From an uncultured virus (IMG/VR IMGVR_UViG_3300020572_000004) (Duplodnaviria; Heunggongvirae; Uroviricota; Caudoviricetes), in the IMG/VR virus record IMGVR_UViG_3300020572_000004: DNA of 64,000 bases. One strand, 5' to 3'. Position numbers and translations under genes: made by a program. Below the pieces are notes generated by a model. The model did not search any database. It saw nothing but the letters and a program-made list of their open reading frames with translations, and had not been told where the DNA came from. Each line of letters starts with the position of its first letter. The stretch's first letter is position 1. This document shows, piece by piece, positions 51,836 through 60,994 of the stretch.

Positions 51836-53020
51836 TTAGTCCTTGTAAGGATCATACACATCGGCACCTGCCATAGCAACGCCTAACGGCTTAAGCTGAT
51901 GTATGATTTGCACAGTATCTCCTTGAGCAGCCAACACATCGGTCAATCGTTTGTAAGCATGAGGACTTTCATCACAGCCTCCACCACGCAGCTCAACATT
52001 TGCATCGGCTAGCCAAGTGTCCATCATGTGCTGTGAAACTTTACCTTCACTGACACGAACTTTTTGCCCACCTTTCCATTTGCATTTGCCGGCGGCTTCA
52101 GTGCGGCTCATAACACGACCAGCACCATGAACGGTTGAATAGAGTGCGGCCGCCGACAAGTCGCTTTGCGCTCCTTGCAAGATAACACTGTTTTCTCCCA
52201 TGGTACCGCCAACAAATCCTCGTTGCCCTGGCCAAGCTGGCGTTGCACCTTTGCGAACAACCCATAAGTCAACACCAGCGTGCTGTTCACGCCAAGCATA
52301 ATTGTGGTGATTGTGAACTTCATCAATGATGTCAGCCCACAGGATACGTGCAACTTCGGCACACACCCAATCACGACCAGCATATGCATAATCGCCAGCA
52401 AGTTGCATTGCAGCGATATACTCACGACCAAGATCGGTATGCACATCAAGCAACACTGGATCCACAAGGATTCCGTCAGTCCCACCACCAGCTTTGATGT
52501 AGTGCGAAGCAATTTTGTGACCAAGACCGCGGCTGCCAAAGTGAACGCCAATCCAGATACGCTCTGCTTCGTCTGCAAAGATGTCAACATAATGGTTGCC
52601 ACTGCCTACGGTGCCTAATTGACCGCGAGCCATATCTTTAAGAGGACGCAGCATTTCAATGTCATCCCACTGATCAGCATCAAACAGTGCATGGTCAACT
52701 TTGGTTTTGTTTACACGACCAATACCAAACGAGACTTTTGACACCACTTCATCCATGATGCGTGAAATATCACCCTTCACATCAGAAAGAGTAGCGTTGG
52801 TTAGCACTGCTTTGTTGCCGCAGCCAATGTCAAAACCTACGCCGCTTGGCGAGATGTGGTCACGATAAGCAATCACACCGCCCACAGGAACAGCATAGCC
52901 TAAGTGATGGTCAGCCATCAGCGCAGCAGCATGTGCACCTTTGCACAAGCAGTTGTCCATTTGATCCACTGCATTTTGCAATGGGTCTCCAAATACTGAA
53001 ATGTTGTTTAAAATTTTCAT
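51836..53020 (-). CDS. rtcB: RtcB RNA 3'-phosphate/5'-OH ligase
   Basis: DHHLGY, DIGCG, GNHY, HFGSRG, HNHHN, RKGA, HGAGR, DESP.AYK. Confidence 0.95.
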   Translation of the reverse strand: MKILNNISVFGDPLQNAVDQMDNCLCKGAHAAALMADHHLGYAVPVGGVIAYRDHISPSGVGFDIGCGNKAVLTNATLSDVKGDISRIMDEVVSKVSFGIGRVNKTKVDHALFDADQWDDIEMLRPLKDMARGQLGTVGSGNHYVDIFADEAERIWIGVHFGSRGLGHKIASHYIKAGGGTDGILVDPVLLDVHTDLGREYIAAMQLAGDYAYAGRDWVCAEVARILWADIIDEVHNHHNYAWREQHAGVDLWVVRKGATPAWPGQRGFVGGTMGENSVILQGAQSDLSAAALYSTVHGAGRVMSRTEAAGKCKWKGGQKVRVSEGKVSQHMMDTWLADANVELRGGGCDESPHAYKRLTDVLAAQGDTVQIIHQLKPLGVAMAGADVYDPYKD

Positions 53021-53024
53021 AATG

Positions 53025-53357
53025 TTATTGAGCGGCGCTCATGCAATCATCATCTACGGAAAATTCGATCCTCGGCACGGCATCTTCTGAGTAACTCTCA
53101 AGGTCAAGGTTCTCTCGCCATTCCTCACTTTGTTCAACTCCATTTTGGATAAACTCAAAAAGAAGCTCAACTGCACCTGGGTTGTCTGCAAGGAAGTTGG
53201 CAATATAATGTTGGCCAATAAACTGTCCATGGCGATAGCCTAGGCCTTCACATAGCTGCTCAAGGTTGCGAACACCAGTGCATCCTTCGGTGCGAAAGCG
53301 TCCTCCAAATTTTTGGTCAATATAGGCATCAAACAATTGGTTGGTATCTTCGGTCAT
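53025..53357 (-). CDS. Hypothetical protein
   Basis: EG..GVRNL..L...LGY...FLADNPGAVE. Confidence 0.65.
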   Translation of the reverse strand: MTEDTNQLFDAYIDQKFGGRFRTEGCTGVRNLEQLCEGLGYRHGQFIGQHYIANFLADNPGAVELLFEFIQNGVEQSEEWRENLDLESYSEDAVPRIEFSVDDDCMSAAQ

Positions 53358-53374
53358 AATATAGTGTGTTGAGA

Positions 53375-53560
53375 TTAGCGGTTGCCGTTAACCACGGCTT
53401 GATTTAGAGTGGCAGTAAAACTGAAAGCAAAGGTGAGAGCAAGAGCGCCCCACAATGCATACACATTCAACTCTTGAGGAATAATGTCAGCTTGACGAAC
53501 GAGAAGATAAACGCCAATGTGCGAGAGTGAAGCAATGGCTGTAAGTAGTGCAATTTTCAT
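53375..53560 (-). CDS. Small membrane protein
   Basis: Two hydrophobic segments. Confidence 0.55.
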   Translation of the reverse strand: MKIALLTAIASLSHIGVYLLVRQADIIPQELNVYALWGALALTFAFSFTATLNQAVVNGNR

Positions 53561-53570
53561 AATGTATTTT

Positions 53571-53705
53571 TTATCGGCAGGCTTTCTTTGAGCCTTCTTT
53601 TTTTCTGTCTTTAAAGTAAACGGTGGCTGGAGCAATTTTGTGGCGAACTAACGAACGCAGTGCAATTGGGCTATAGTCAAAGGTGAGGCTTTTGTTCTTT
53701 TTCAT
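53571..53705 (-). CDS. Small basic protein
   Basis: ...APATVYFKDRKKEGSKKACR*. Confidence 0.55.
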   Translation of the reverse strand: MKKNKSLTFDYSPIALRSLVRHKIAPATVYFKDRKKEGSKKACR

Positions 53706-53706
53706 A

Positions 53707-53907
53707 TTAAAAACCAGCGGTGTTGATGCTTGCTTTTTGAAGGCGGTCAAATTCTTCGGTAATGACGCTTTGATATTCGCTTTCAGTATCGGTGCTTTCC
53801 TTGACTGCAACGCTTTTGACAAATTCGGCTTCAGCCGCGTGGCGCTTAGCGATTTGGGCGATCAGATTCTTACGGGCGGCGAGAGCAGGAGTGGAAGTAT
53901 TTTTCAT
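53707..53907 (-). CDS. Hypothetical early protein
   Basis: First gene after the promoter at 53934-53962. Confidence 0.6.
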   Translation of the reverse strand: MKNTSTPALAARKNLIAQIAKRHAAEAEFVKSVAVKESTDTESEYQSVITEEFDRLQKASINTAGF

Positions 53908-53921
53908 AATGTGGTGGTTTG

Positions 53922-54019
53922 CCTTACAAGATTATTATACACTAAAAAATCCCACTTGTAAAGGACTTTTTTCAGTAAAAATGCATATTTTTGCATTTTT
54001 GTTGATTTTCAACCAGTTA
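53922..54019 (-). promoter_or_regulatory. Early promoter with IHF-like box
   Basis: TTTACA-N17-TATAAT; TTTCAACCAGTTA at 54007-54019. Confidence 0.78.
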
Positions 54020-54028
54020 CGGAGGCAT

Positions 54029-54073
54029 AAAAAATCCTCGGTCTACAAGATTTTGCAGATTCCGAGGATTTTT
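54029..54073. terminator. Bidirectional terminator-like hairpin
   Basis: AAAAATCCTCGG/CCGAGGATTTTT. Confidence 0.75.
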
Positions 54074-54089
54074 GGCAGTTTTAGGAGAA

Positions 54090-54326
54090 TCAGATGATTC
54101 CACGGGCCTTGAGCGTAACTTTACTATAGTCCTTCAGTAAAGCCTTGATTTGAGCAGCTGAAAGTTTAGGCTTTACTGGAACTTCAGGAGAAGGAGAAGG
54201 AGCTGCGGTTTTAGCAGTTTTGACAGCAGGAGTTTTAGCAGCCTTGACAGCGGTTGGTTTGTCAGTTGCAACTTCTACAGTTTCTTCTGCAACATCAGGA
54301 TCGGTAATAATATTTTTTTTAGCCAT
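54090..54326 (-). CDS. Small K/A/P-rich late protein
   Basis: TATAAATA just upstream. Confidence 0.6.
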   Translation of the reverse strand: MAKKNIITDPDVAEETVEVATDKPTAVKAAKTPAVKTAKTAAPSPSPEVPVKPKLSAAQIKALLKDYSKVTLKARGII

Positions 54327-54334
54327 ACATTTAT

Positions 54335-55276
54335 TTATAAGCTTCTTACAGCAAAATCAATTGCTCTCGCACTTTCATTTTCCATTGGTCGGTTCTTATA
54401 CCAGCCGCCAGTATCATTGTCTATATCTTTACACAGGCGTGCAACTTCAGCTGATGTAATAGGATAACCTCGCTTCATTGCATTTGCGGCAATACTCATC
54501 ATAATCTTATACATCATATGATACCAGCCGCCAGCTTGGATGGTACGATACTCTGCAACCATTCGCTTGTTGACAAATGGGCAATCGGCATATGAAGTCC
54601 ACTTGTATGATGTGTTGATTAACTTTTCTTTGCGGTATTGCTCAATCTTACGACGCATTTCTTCAGGTAGTTTATCAGACAATGATAGGCGCTGAAGGTT
54701 ACCAGTCCATGGATGCTTTGCCATAATCTCATAAGGATCAATCATTGGTGCTTCACGATTACTAAAGATAAACTTTTTAGAGTTTGGATAAAGCGCTGGC
54801 ACATAATACATTCGGCTTAAGTCTTTGGTTTGAGGATCACCCAATCCATTATACTCTTTATTTAAAGCATACCAAAGGTGACGTATGCGATCCGCCGGCA
54901 CTTCACATGTAAGAGGCAATACCACTCTAAACTTTGGATGCTCGTCTGTTGAGCTGGCAGAGCTGTAACATACATATCGCACATCTCTAAATACACTTAT
55001 TGCATCCATCCAATGGCCTTCATATGTGTCAACATCAAGTGCCGCCCAACCAGCCCACGCTGTTACATTAGCATTTGCTCGAGTAGTGCCAGCCGTAAAT
55101 ATCGCTGGACTAATAAGTGCACTGCCATCTTTACGCTCATCCTTCTTCGGCTTGTATCCAGGTTGATCGCTCAACTTGTATAGCAATCTTTCAAATGCGT
55201 CCCATGTATTAAATGACAATTGACGGTGTGTCTTGTTGTCATAGATACTTTTAAAGATGGTCAGACTATACTTCAT
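54335..55276 (-). CDS. Archaeo-eukaryotic primase (AEP)/prim-pol-like protein
   Basis: ALDVD, YSSASST..HPKFRVVLPL, DPQTKDLSRMYY; helical C-terminal domain. Confidence 0.72.
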   Translation of the reverse strand: MKYSLTIFKSIYDNKTHRQLSFNTWDAFERLLYKLSDQPGYKPKKDERKDGSALISPAIFTAGTTRANANVTAWAGWAALDVDTYEGHWMDAISVFRDVRYVCYSSASSTDEHPKFRVVLPLTCEVPADRIRHLWYALNKEYNGLGDPQTKDLSRMYYVPALYPNSKKFIFSNREAPMIDPYEIMAKHPWTGNLQRLSLSDKLPEEMRRKIEQYRKEKLINTSYKWTSYADCPFVNKRMVAEYRTIQAGGWYHMMYKIMMSIAANAMKRGYPITSAEVARLCKDIDNDTGGWYKNRPMENESARAIDFAVRSL

Positions 55277-55788
55277 GCGTGATCAGCAAATGCTTTTTGG
55301 ATAAGTCCATGATTGCCTGTATGATCTGGAGCGGTCCAATTTTCGGGTTTGACTAAATCTGGTAATGAAAGTGGGTTTGGTCTGCTCTCTTTAATTCCAA
55401 CGCGCTTAGCCATGTTTGCTTGCAGCACTTCAAACCAGGCTTTTTGAAAATCAACTTGAAGCAAGTCTAGTGTACCAGCCGCTACAACAATAATATCTAT
55501 CAGGCTGTCAACAATTTCTTCGCTGTTGCGCTCAATGATTGCAGCCTTGCCTTCATTTACTTCTTCTTGCAAAAAGTCATAACGGAATTTGATAAAGCTG
55601 GTTAGATTATCAGCTGATAAGTTTTCAACTGCATCGTTGACTCCATAATACTGATGCATCATATGCATATCGGTGCTAACATCTTCTTCAACATTTTTAC
55701 CACAGTCCCACAATTCTTTTATTTGTTGCCAACGGTGCGCGGCTTGTTTTTTCATATGTCCATCTTGTCTGTTTGTTGCTGTATTCAT
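55273..55788 (-). CDS. MazG-like nucleotide pyrophosphohydrolase
   Basis: LQEEVNE, EIVDSLID, ANMAK, DLVKPENW..P. Confidence 0.8.
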   Translation of the reverse strand: MNTATNRQDGHMKKQAAHRWQQIKELWDCGKNVEEDVSTDMHMMHQYYGVNDAVENLSADNLTSFIKFRYDFLQEEVNEGKAAIIERNSEEIVDSLIDIIVVAAGTLDLLQVDFQKAWFEVLQANMAKRVGIKESRPNPLSLPDLVKPENWTAPDHTGNHGLIQKAFADHA

Positions 55789-55799
55789 ATAGTAATTTA

Positions 55800-58361
55800 T
55801 CAGTTAAAGAAATCTTCTAGACTTGCACGCGGTTCTGCGCTCCAGCCAATTGCATCAAGAATAAGTTCAAGTGGTTCAATGAAAGTCTTGTTGAACTGAT
55901 GATCATAATTGACATATCTGTTCATATCAAATTCAGCTGGGAGCTTATCCACAAATCCAATAACATTTTCAGCTGTTGGGTTAGGCAACTTGAGTGGAAT
56001 GTATTTGATACGGTCACCGCTTTGAATTGGTTGATATGTATCAGTCAATCCTTTCTGCTTAAGCATATGATTATACATTAGAGCAGCACGCACATGCATC
56101 GGCGTACCTTTCTTATAGATGGTTTGTTTATCGCGCCACTTTACAATATCGGTAATACCTCGAGGGAAGGCAACCTGTTCGATTGGAATGGTTGCAAAAT
56201 GCGCACGAAACATTGCGATTGCAGCTTGGGTCTTAGCTTCATCCTCATTGATAATAATCTTAAAGATTTCCTTGAATGCGCCGCGGCATACTTTAGGAGT
56301 ACTGCTTTTGATTGCTTCGATACCCATCATTTTGATTTTTGGTTCGGTATACTGCACTCCTTCATTGTTGTGAATATTAAGAATGTATCGCTTCTTAGCA
56401 GTCCAGATTCCACGGTCAGCAATAGCCTCCCGCTTCATAACCATTGCAGGTTTATAAACATTAGTAAGATCGGCAAGGCTATCAAACGCTTTCTTAAGCA
56501 TCGGCTCAACGGCCTTGCTTCCAAATTCATCAAGGAATGCAACTGGATTGTTGGGCTTAAACTTTTCAATCACATCTTTTACGTGAATATACAAACTGTC
56601 TGTGTCAGCTGCAATAACTCGATCCACAACACCGTCATCCTTAAGGAATTTGCTAAGCCAAACATTAGCATGCTCTTCAGCCCAACGAATAACCAACTGA
56701 CCAGTAAGAGTAATACCTTCAGCAACTGCAATATCAAAATATCTAAAGTAAGAATTTCCCAAAGCCCCATAAAGTGAGTTCATAAGGATTTTTATACACA
56801 TTTGTTCGGTCTCAAGACGCTCAACTTCAATATCAATACTCTTATACTTTCGGGCGTCAGTCTTAGAGTTGATGGTTTCCTTTTCCTTCTTCTTGCGAAT
56901 CATTTCAGCTTTGATGCCAACACGACGATTGTATAGCTCCTCAATAATCTCAGGCAGAAACCCTTGCTTATCACGACGAAAGCATGCGCCGTTTGCAGCA
57001 ACCGCAAGATTCTCCTCAGGACTGATATGTTGCTTGTTGGCCAATACAACGTCAGGATTCATACTTGGCAGATGCATGTGCCGCACAAGTGTTTCAGGGC
57101 TCATGTTGTATTGAATAATGATGTTGGGATAAAGACTGTTAAGGTCAAAACTCATAACCCAATCATACATGCCCGGCACCACTTCCTTAACAAAGCCGCC
57201 TGGGTAGCTAACCTTTTGACTTGGGCGACTTGGCGGTACCGCAATCTTTTTTAATGCAAGGCGACGGAAGATGATGCTATCCCAGATAGCAACCGTACCC
57301 AATGTATCACTATAGTTGACACCGCCAAAATATGCAAGGGTAAACACAAGGTTAATCAATCCCAGCTTAGCTTCAAAGCGCTCAATAAGTTCAACGTCAA
57401 CAATGTTATAGTCAACAAACTTTTGGAAGTCCCGCTCATACAGTTTGGCTAGCGTGCCTTCTTCGCCATAGTCCAACTTGTTTTGACCCAGCACTACTTC
57501 AGCAATGTTGTCCAACTTGTAGCTTTCCTGCTTGCCATAGGTGTTGAGCGTAAACTTTTGGAACAAGTCCATATAGTCAAGTTGCTGAATGCCGGCGATG
57601 TTATAAAGAGTATTCTCACGGCCTTTTACGGTAACCGTCTTTTGCTCAATCTTGCGCCATGGGCTCAGCTTGCTAGCTTCATCACTACCCAATACTCTAC
57701 TGATACGATTCACAAGATAAGGAACATCAAAGAGTGTGGTATTCCAACCAGTAATTACATCAGGGGTATTAAGAGTATCGCTCCACCAGCCGATAAAGTC
57801 TAGCAGCATTTCGGATTCAGTTTCAAATTGACGATACTCCTTTTTAAGATGTGGGCTGCTGCTAGCGCTGACGTCATAATCCTTTAGTCCCCACACAATG
57901 TATTGCTCAGCTCTGCTGCTTTTTAGTGCAATGGTCAATACACTATGACGTGCCTCACTAGGCTCAGGGAAACTTGTGGTTGTTACGCCTGGGATTACAC
58001 CGTAGGCAGTCTCAATATCAATGTATGCAATGTCAATAAGGCGGCGATCATACACAATTTCATTGGGAAACTCTGCTTGAATAAATGCAGGAATATGCCG
58101 ATCATTTCCATAGATCTTAAAGTTGGGAACGCCTTCATAGCTTTTTGCAAACTCGCGGCACTCACTCATACTATCAAATCTCATCGGCTCAAGTGGGAGA
58201 CCTTCAAGGCTGCGCCACTTTGCAGCTTTATCCTTACTTTCCAGATACATTACTGGACGGAATTTGTAACTATTGTAAACCTTTTTACCTTCGTCATCAT
58301 AGCCGCGATAGCGCAGGCTGTTCATATGGCGGTCAATGCAAGTATAGAATCCATTAATCAT
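55800..58361 (-). CDS. 43: Family B DNA polymerase gp43
   Basis: DIET, GWN...FD, YNIVD, FDLNSLYP, K..MNSLYG, DTDS, KKRY. Confidence 0.97.
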   Translation of the reverse strand: MINGFYTCIDRHMNSLRYRGYDDEGKKVYNSYKFRPVMYLESKDKAAKWRSLEGLPLEPMRFDSMSECREFAKSYEGVPNFKIYGNDRHIPAFIQAEFPNEIVYDRRLIDIAYIDIETAYGVIPGVTTTSFPEPSEARHSVLTIALKSSRAEQYIVWGLKDYDVSASSSPHLKKEYRQFETESEMLLDFIGWWSDTLNTPDVITGWNTTLFDVPYLVNRISRVLGSDEASKLSPWRKIEQKTVTVKGRENTLYNIAGIQQLDYMDLFQKFTLNTYGKQESYKLDNIAEVVLGQNKLDYGEEGTLAKLYERDFQKFVDYNIVDVELIERFEAKLGLINLVFTLAYFGGVNYSDTLGTVAIWDSIIFRRLALKKIAVPPSRPSQKVSYPGGFVKEVVPGMYDWVMSFDLNSLYPNIIIQYNMSPETLVRHMHLPSMNPDVVLANKQHISPEENLAVAANGACFRRDKQGFLPEIIEELYNRRVGIKAEMIRKKKEKETINSKTDARKYKSIDIEVERLETEQMCIKILMNSLYGALGNSYFRYFDIAVAEGITLTGQLVIRWAEEHANVWLSKFLKDDGVVDRVIAADTDSLYIHVKDVIEKFKPNNPVAFLDEFGSKAVEPMLKKAFDSLADLTNVYKPAMVMKREAIADRGIWTAKKRYILNIHNNEGVQYTEPKIKMMGIEAIKSSTPKVCRGAFKEIFKIIINEDEAKTQAAIAMFRAHFATIPIEQVAFPRGITDIVKWRDKQTIYKKGTPMHVRAALMYNHMLKQKGLTDTYQPIQSGDRIKYIPLKLPNPTAENVIGFVDKLPAEFDMNRYVNYDHQFNKTFIEPLELILDAIGWSAEPRASLEDFFN

Positions 58362-58379
58362 TATATGTTATTATAAACT

Positions 58380-58418
58380 AAATCGGCCCAGATGTAAACT
58401 ACAAACTGGGCCGATTTG
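58380..58418. terminator. Terminator-like hairpin overlapping the gp43 promoter region
   Basis: AAATCGGCCCAG/CTGGGCCGATTT. Confidence 0.65.
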
Positions 58419-58434
58419 GATTTATTTTATTGCT

Positions 58435-58836
58435 TTACTTGATAGCAATGATGCGTGGCTTTTTCTCGTCAGGAATGACTCGCTCAAGAGCGATGATTAA
58501 GATACCATTCACAAGTGATGCTTCACCGACTTTAACATGTTCTGCTAAAGTAAAGCGGCGCGTAAACTTGCGTGCGCTGATACCTTTGTGTGCGTATTCC
58601 CGCTCATCTTCAACTGCATGTTCACCGGTAATCACTAGCGAATTTTCAGCAGTCTCAATGGTAAGATCCTCAGCAGAGAATCCAGCAACCGCAAGTTCGA
58701 CCAAGAACGAATCATCGTCAAGCTTGACCACATTATGCGGTGGGTATACATTTGTATTTTCCTTAAACGCGACATCGAAGTCAGCAAAGACTCGATCAAA
58801 CCCAATTCCCCAAGGGGACAATGTATTTATTTTCAT
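58435..58836 (-). CDS. Small heat shock protein Hsp20
   Basis: YPPHN, ELAVAGF, HKGISARKFTRRF, NGIL, PRII.I. Confidence 0.93.
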   Translation of the reverse strand: MKINTLSPWGIGFDRVFADFDVAFKENTNVYPPHNVVKLDDDSFLVELAVAGFSAEDLTIETAENSLVITGEHAVEDEREYAHKGISARKFTRRFTLAEHVKVGEASLVNGILIIALERVIPDEKKPRIIAIK

Positions 58837-58929
58837 ATGTTTTTTAACTCCTTATTAAGCAAGTTTTTGGTTTATGTTGTAGATGAACCCGAAACGGCAT
58901 TCACCTTTGTGGCCAACCTCGCCACAAAT

Positions 58930-59853
58930 CTATTTATTCTTATTAGAGGAAAATTCTTTAAAAGAAAGCAATTTTCTTGAACTAATAATCTCAAAGAAAG
59001 TCTTTGCAGTTTGACCATTTAGTTTGTCATAACTAAAATGTACGCTGCTATAAATTGGGCGATAGTGTAGTGTGCGCTCTTTACAAGTAATAAGCAACTG
59101 ACCAGTTGTAACCATATCACCTTTACCTGGGTCGCCCATACGCACTGGGTTCATGAATGGATCATCATTAGGCTTTTGACTCATTGCCTCAAGAAAGTCA
59201 ACGGGATTGTTAATCTCAACATCACGCAGGTAGTTGTTGATTATTTTCCATCTCTCTTCACTGCTTTGTCTCGATTGGATGATTTTTGGGTCCGTCGCAT
59301 TTGCACTATATCCCAGCTGTGTAAGATCAATGCCGTGGTTAGTACGCACACAATGATTATCATCTTTGGTAATTTCCTTTAGGTTGTAAATATATTTACG
59401 TGGCTTCTTGTCGGTGCTGTCTGCTTTTTTAACAGTAAAACCACCTTCAAGAAGATAGCATTTGTCGCTATTAAAAATAAAGGTTGCACCAGCAAGTTCC
59501 TTTTCAATCAGCATCTTTGCTGCGCTCTTAGGATCCTTACATAGTAAAGAATTGCGAATAGCAAGGCCGTCTGGCGATACCATTGCTTTCTTTTTACTGT
59601 TTTTACCTTTCTTAGCTAATACCTTGCCACCTTCTTTTTCGTCACTCTTGACACTAAAAGAAGCACTAATAATTGCTACACCATATTCATTGATACCTTC
59701 AGTCCATCGTGTAGTCTGATCATCAATGTATAGCCGTTGAATGTTTTCTCTGTTGGAGTTAACAATTTCTATTTCGGTTTTATAATTGCGGTCACGATTC
59801 TTAGCGCCAACCCAACCATAGTTCTTGATGTATTTAACAGCAATGCAGCACAT
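58930..59853 (-). CDS. Ntn-hydrolase-like protein (N-terminal Cys)
   Basis: MCC...AKNRDR, EGINEYG, RTNHG, SEER; TATAAATA upstream. Confidence 0.6.
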   Translation of the reverse strand: MCCIAVKYIKNYGWVGAKNRDRNYKTEIEIVNSNRENIQRLYIDDQTTRWTEGINEYGVAIISASFSVKSDEKEGGKVLAKKGKNSKKKAMVSPDGLAIRNSLLCKDPKSAAKMLIEKELAGATFIFNSDKCYLLEGGFTVKKADSTDKKPRKYIYNLKEITKDDNHCVRTNHGIDLTQLGYSANATDPKIIQSRQSSEERWKIINNYLRDVEINNPVDFLEAMSQKPNDDPFMNPVRMGDPGKGDMVTTGQLLITCKERTLHYRPIYSSVHFSYDKLNGQTAKTFFEIISSRKLLSFKEFSSNKNK

Positions 59854-59878
59854 ATTTTTATGTTATACTATATTTATA

Positions 59879-60079
59879 TTAAGGCCAATTTCTATAGCAA
59901 TAAGGGTTACAATGGTAATCATAAAATGGTCGGTCATAGCGATAGCGATATGATGGTATACACCTATAGTTATATGTTGGAATGTATAGCACTGGCTGAA
60001 CACATATTCCAACTGGTGGAGAAACATAACAGCTGCTTAGCATACCGATGCATACTAGTAAAAAAAATAATTTAATCAT
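59879..60079 (-). CDS. Small lipoprotein
   Basis: LSSC lipobox; Y/R/P-rich. Confidence 0.55.
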   Translation of the reverse strand: MIKLFFLLVCIGMLSSCYVSPPVGICVQPVLYIPTYNYRCIPSYRYRYDRPFYDYHCNPYCYRNWP

Positions 60080-60504
60080 TTCTTTTTGATATTACCAATG
60101 CTATATTTTGAGCGAAGATCCCATTGACTCTTAACAGAGTGAGATATAATTTTAATTTGTTTAAGCGAAGTAATTTCTTTGATACTTTCAGCATTAGCTA
60201 CTCGCACCAGTCCCCAATCACTCAATAGCGTAATGATAGTATTGCGACGGCAATAGTCATCATGTGTAAAGTTTGACGGTTTACCATCAAGCATAAAGAG
60301 TTCTTTAAAGTGAACAATAAAGTAACGGCCTTGCTTGTGTAGGATATGACAGCTTTGGTATAGCACATTTAAATCTCTTTTGGAACTTACGCCAATACGA
60401 CTTAGCGTTTCCTTTACTTTTAAGAAATCATCAGGCTCATTCAAATACACTTCAACCATATCGGTTGGAGCCCACTCAATAACATTTTGTGAATTGTCAT
60501 ACAT
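60076..60504 (-). CDS. regA: Translational repressor RegA
   Basis: DDFLKVKETLSRIG, LYQSCHILHKQGRYFIVHFKELF, KYSIG. Confidence 0.97.
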   Translation of the reverse strand: MYDNSQNVIEWAPTDMVEVYLNEPDDFLKVKETLSRIGVSSKRDLNVLYQSCHILHKQGRYFIVHFKELFMLDGKPSNFTHDDYCRRNTIITLLSDWGLVRVANAESIKEITSLKQIKIISHSVKSQWDLRSKYSIGNIKKK

Positions 60505-60522
60505 AGCAATAGTTTATTTATA

Positions 60523-60993
60523 TTACTTACGACCGCCACGATCTCGGCTAGCGCGAATAGCTGATAATGCAGACTCACTTAGCAAAGGTAAAGCCTCACG
60601 CGCTTTTTCTGCACTATAACAATAATGATCCATCAGCATTTGCACATCTGCGCCATCATCCATCTTTTTGCTCCATTTGCTAAAGCGTTTCTTTGCGCGA
60701 ACAGTATTCTTGAGAAAGTCATATTGCATTTTGACTGGCAAAGCAGCATAACGATTCATTTCATTGGCGAGCAGCACAGTATCATTAAAATATGAGAGCC
60801 CACGATTTACCATGAAAGGTAGGTATGCACGATCCGCACTAGATGGATCGGCCGCGCCTTCGCTATTATCAGCTTTACATTCGGTCAATAAACTTTTACC
60901 ATTTGTGCCTTCGTTGATACTATTGAGAAAATCAAAAAATGACAATTTCTTAGGAGCTGCGGCCTCAGCTGTTTCTTTTTTCTTGGCTGCCAT
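60523..60993 (-). CDS. 62: Clamp loader small subunit gp62
   Basis: PFMVNRGLS, ANEMN, QYDFL, KRFSKW; synteny. Confidence 0.9.
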   Translation of the reverse strand: MAAKKKETAEAAAPKKLSFFDFLNSINEGTNGKSLLTECKADNSEGAADPSSADRAYLPFMVNRGLSYFNDTVLLANEMNRYAALPVKMQYDFLKNTVRAKKRFSKWSKKMDDGADVQMLMDHYCYSAEKAREALPLLSESALSAIRASRDRGGRK

Positions 60994-60994
60994 A

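Noticed and set aside
55800..58361. Intein or split in the DNA polymerase (also checked nrdA and nrdB)
   Set aside because: Contiguous ORFs of normal length without intein motifs.
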